A stretch of DNA of 63,931 nt, counting the filler, from Limisphaerales bacterium (GTDB taxonomy: Bacteria; Verrucomicrobiota; Verrucomicrobiia; Limisphaerales; SIBE01): the NCBI GenBank assembly GCA_044225505.1. It is 4 parts of 4 records of this genome, joined end to end, with 100 filler letters (N's around TTAATTAATTAA, not from the genome) between each part and the next. Parts side by side here need not be neighbours in the genome. Positions count along the whole stretch, not along the records: positions 61,052 to 63,931 come from JBGAIN010000330.1; 3 more parts are not named here. One strand, 5' to 3'. Below, piece by piece: positions 61,785-63,931 of this stretch. Position 1 is the first letter of the stretch. Every line of letters begins with the position of its first letter. The notes under the pieces were generated by a model. It had not been told where the DNA came from, ran no database searches, and saw only the letters and a list, made by a program, of their open reading frames with translations. The position numbers were made by a program, and so were the translations under genes.

Positions 61785-62079
61785 GAGTGCTTTTAGAGTC
61801 AACGGCCGCTCCAGAACCTAGCTCAAAAAAGAAGGCAGAAAATCGAGCCATGCACCCTTTTGCGCCCCTCTCATCGGACTTATCCTCCTCCTGTTCAGCC
61901 ATTTCCTCTGGTCCGACGAGAATCAACACGTTCAGTGTGCTCAAGACGACTTCGATGAGGCGCCCATGAATGCGGCTCGACTAGGCCCCAATTCCCATCG
62001 CCAGTCGCTGGCCTGCGGAATGGTCATACCAAGCGCATCTGATCTGTCGGATTTCGATCCTGGCGGGTATTAGTAGTAG

Positions 62080-63686
62080 ATGAACGGTCAATCCGATAGC
62101 CAGTTGCTAGCAGCCTATCTGCAATGCCGATCCGAGTCGGCGTTTGGAGAACTTGTTCGACGGCATTTGGATCTGGTCTATTCCTCCGCTCTTCGCATGC
62201 TTGGGAACGTTCACTCTGCCAAGGATGTGACCCAGGGCGTTTTTATCGCATTGGCCCAAAATGCGCGGCAGCTTGCGACCCGGCCGACCTTGGCCGGTTG
62301 GTTGCACTGCACCACACGGAACCTGGCGGCCAAATTCATCCGTTCAGAAGTGCGTCGTCGAGCTCGTGAACAAGAGGCTGTTGCGATGAGCGAATTGCAT
62401 TCCACCGAAACGGAAGCCAGCTGGGGGCAGGTCGCGGTTCATCTGGACGAGGCGCTCGGTGAGTTGGAAGAGACGAGCCGGGATGCACTATTGCTCCGTT
62501 TTTTTAAGAACCAGGATCTTCGGACGATCGGTGCCGCCTTCGGCATCAGTGACGACGCCGCGCAAAAGCGTGTGAGCCGCGCCGTTGAGCATCTGCGCGA
62601 ATGCTTGGTCAAGCGCATCTGCGCGAATGCTTGGTCAAGCGCGGAGTTGCCATTGGAGCCGGCGGACTTGGCGTCGTCATCTCCGCAAATGCTGTTCATG
62701 CTGTGGCGCCTGACTTGGCTTTGACGATTTCCACGACCGCCGTGGCCCTCGGAACCTCCGCGGCGTCTGCCACTACCATTGCTATGACTACCCTCCAAAA
62801 AGTTCTTATCGGGACGGCTCTTGCCGCCGTAGTCACCACGGGAGTTTACCAAACGCAACAGGTTTCCAGGTCTCGAGCGAAATCTCAAGTGCTTGAGCAA
62901 CAGGAAGCAGGGCTAACCGACCAAATAGAACGACTGCGGCGCGAGCGCGATAGGGTGACTGAGCAAATGGCCGCGTTGCGCGATCAGAGTGAAGTGCAAA
63001 CTCACAACCAGAGCGAACTGCTCAGACTACGGGGTGAAGTGGCACGCTTGCGGAGAGAAGTGGACGACGCCAACCGTACAAACAACACCCATCCCCATGA
63101 AAGTCCGGAGGCTGCGGGCGCTGTCGCCCTTCCAATTCCGACAGAGGCTCACCCACTGGCCGGGCGGGCCCTCGTGAAGTGGGACAATGCCCTGTTGTTA
63201 GGTCAGGTCATAACACCTACGCTAAAAACGGCAGCTTTATTTGCCATCCCTAAACGGGGTGATGTTGACAACCAATTGAGAATTGATACTCGCCTTGTGG
63301 TCTTGCCGGACGGTTTTGTCGCGCCTCATACCGATGGCGTGGCAGCGGGGAATTCCGTTGGCGTCCTCTCCAATGATCAGACCGCCATGCTTCTCAAAGT
63401 AATGAATGACTCCGGGGCGCGAATCTTGAGTTCGCCCTCGGTCAGTATTCAGAGCGGCGGGGAGGCCCAAATCGAGATTGGTGGAATTGATCAGACAAGT
63501 CCCGCAGTTTTCCCCGGACAAGTCCCCACTGCGGTCGATAGTGGATCCGGAGATGCTTCCTCCACGAGCCGCCAGAAATCAGTAGTCAAGTTTGCCCCCA
63601 CTATCTCGACTGACGGTGACTCAGTGGATTTGGCAGTCGAAACATGGTTCGATAATAGTTCCGGTGCGAGAAAGAGTGTGAAGTAA
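62080..63686 (+). pseudogene. ECF sigma-70 factor with long C-terminal extension, frameshifted by a 26-bp duplication
   Basis: sigma2 (AFGELVRRH..VY..A.R, DVTQGVF, LAGWL) and sigma4 (AAQKRVSRA) in 62080-62724; continuation RGVAIGAGGL...IAMTTLQK, coiled coil and secretin-like segment in the 62601-63686 frame. Confidence 0.8.
62589..62640 (+). repeat. perfect 26-bp tandem duplication
   Basis: GCATCTGCGCGAATGCTTGGTCAAGC x2. Confidence 0.95.
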
Positions 63687-63744
63687 GTTTTTAGCTGCAT
63701 CCAAGCCCTCAGCGACAGGTCCAGTTCCTCCTTCCGGCTGTAGA

Positions 63745-63931
63745 AAACGGGGTCAGTCCCGAAGATACGCATGTTCGATGTTCAGCCAAAGTGCCTCACG
63801 ATTGCTTGAGCCACTCCCGGACACAGCCGGCAGCGTAGCCAACTCCGTCCATCATCAAGGAAGCGGCGATTCATGGCCAGGGCCAGTAATCACAAGCCGA
63901 TCTCAAGTATCGGTTCCCGCTCCCGTCCACC
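63745..63931 (-). pseudogene. possible decayed second RAYT-like transposase fragment
   Basis: Minus strand reads VDGSGNRYLRSACDY (like the segment before the catalytic Tyr of RAYTs), then stops, followed by a GGGACTGACCCC near-palindrome. Confidence 0.35.

Overview
This window is four unrelated contigs joined by artificial 100-nt spacers (44 N + TTAATTAATTAA + 44 N at 29195-29294, 57817-57916 and 60952-61051). Gene content suggests Verrucomicrobiota (Pedosphaera/Limisphaerales-like); this is an inference. Contig 1 has tRNA-Lys, a Tat oxidoreductase plus HEAT protein, and a complete cbb3 oxidase locus (ccoI-S-NO-Q-P-G-H-DsbD_2). It continues with a convergent five-gene trans-envelope signalling operon (hybrid kinase, TonB receptor, YfiR, HAMP/PAS kinase, hybrid kinase), a second oxidoreductase, a YihY protein with a large insert and a secreted PPP-type phosphatase. 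Contig 2 has a sulfatase, an SDR remnant, a heme-c/Cu-monooxygenase-like TPR protein, three giant secreted proteins, a Tat PLP enzyme with an exported RidA, GH28, an AONS-like enzyme with a dipeptide epimerase, and tRNA-Asn followed by an atypical tyrosine integrase. Contig 3 has GH44 and an M4 peptidase, both partial. Contig 4 has a RAYT-like transposase and an ECF sigma factor split by a 26-bp tandem duplication. The best candidates for undescribed biology are the TBDR-YfiR-kinase cascade, the exported PLP enzyme/RidA pair, the integrase lacking the first catalytic Arg, and a shared ~70-aa 'F(F/Y)R(L/V)' module on four secreted proteins. All calls come from motif reading by eye; no database searches were run.
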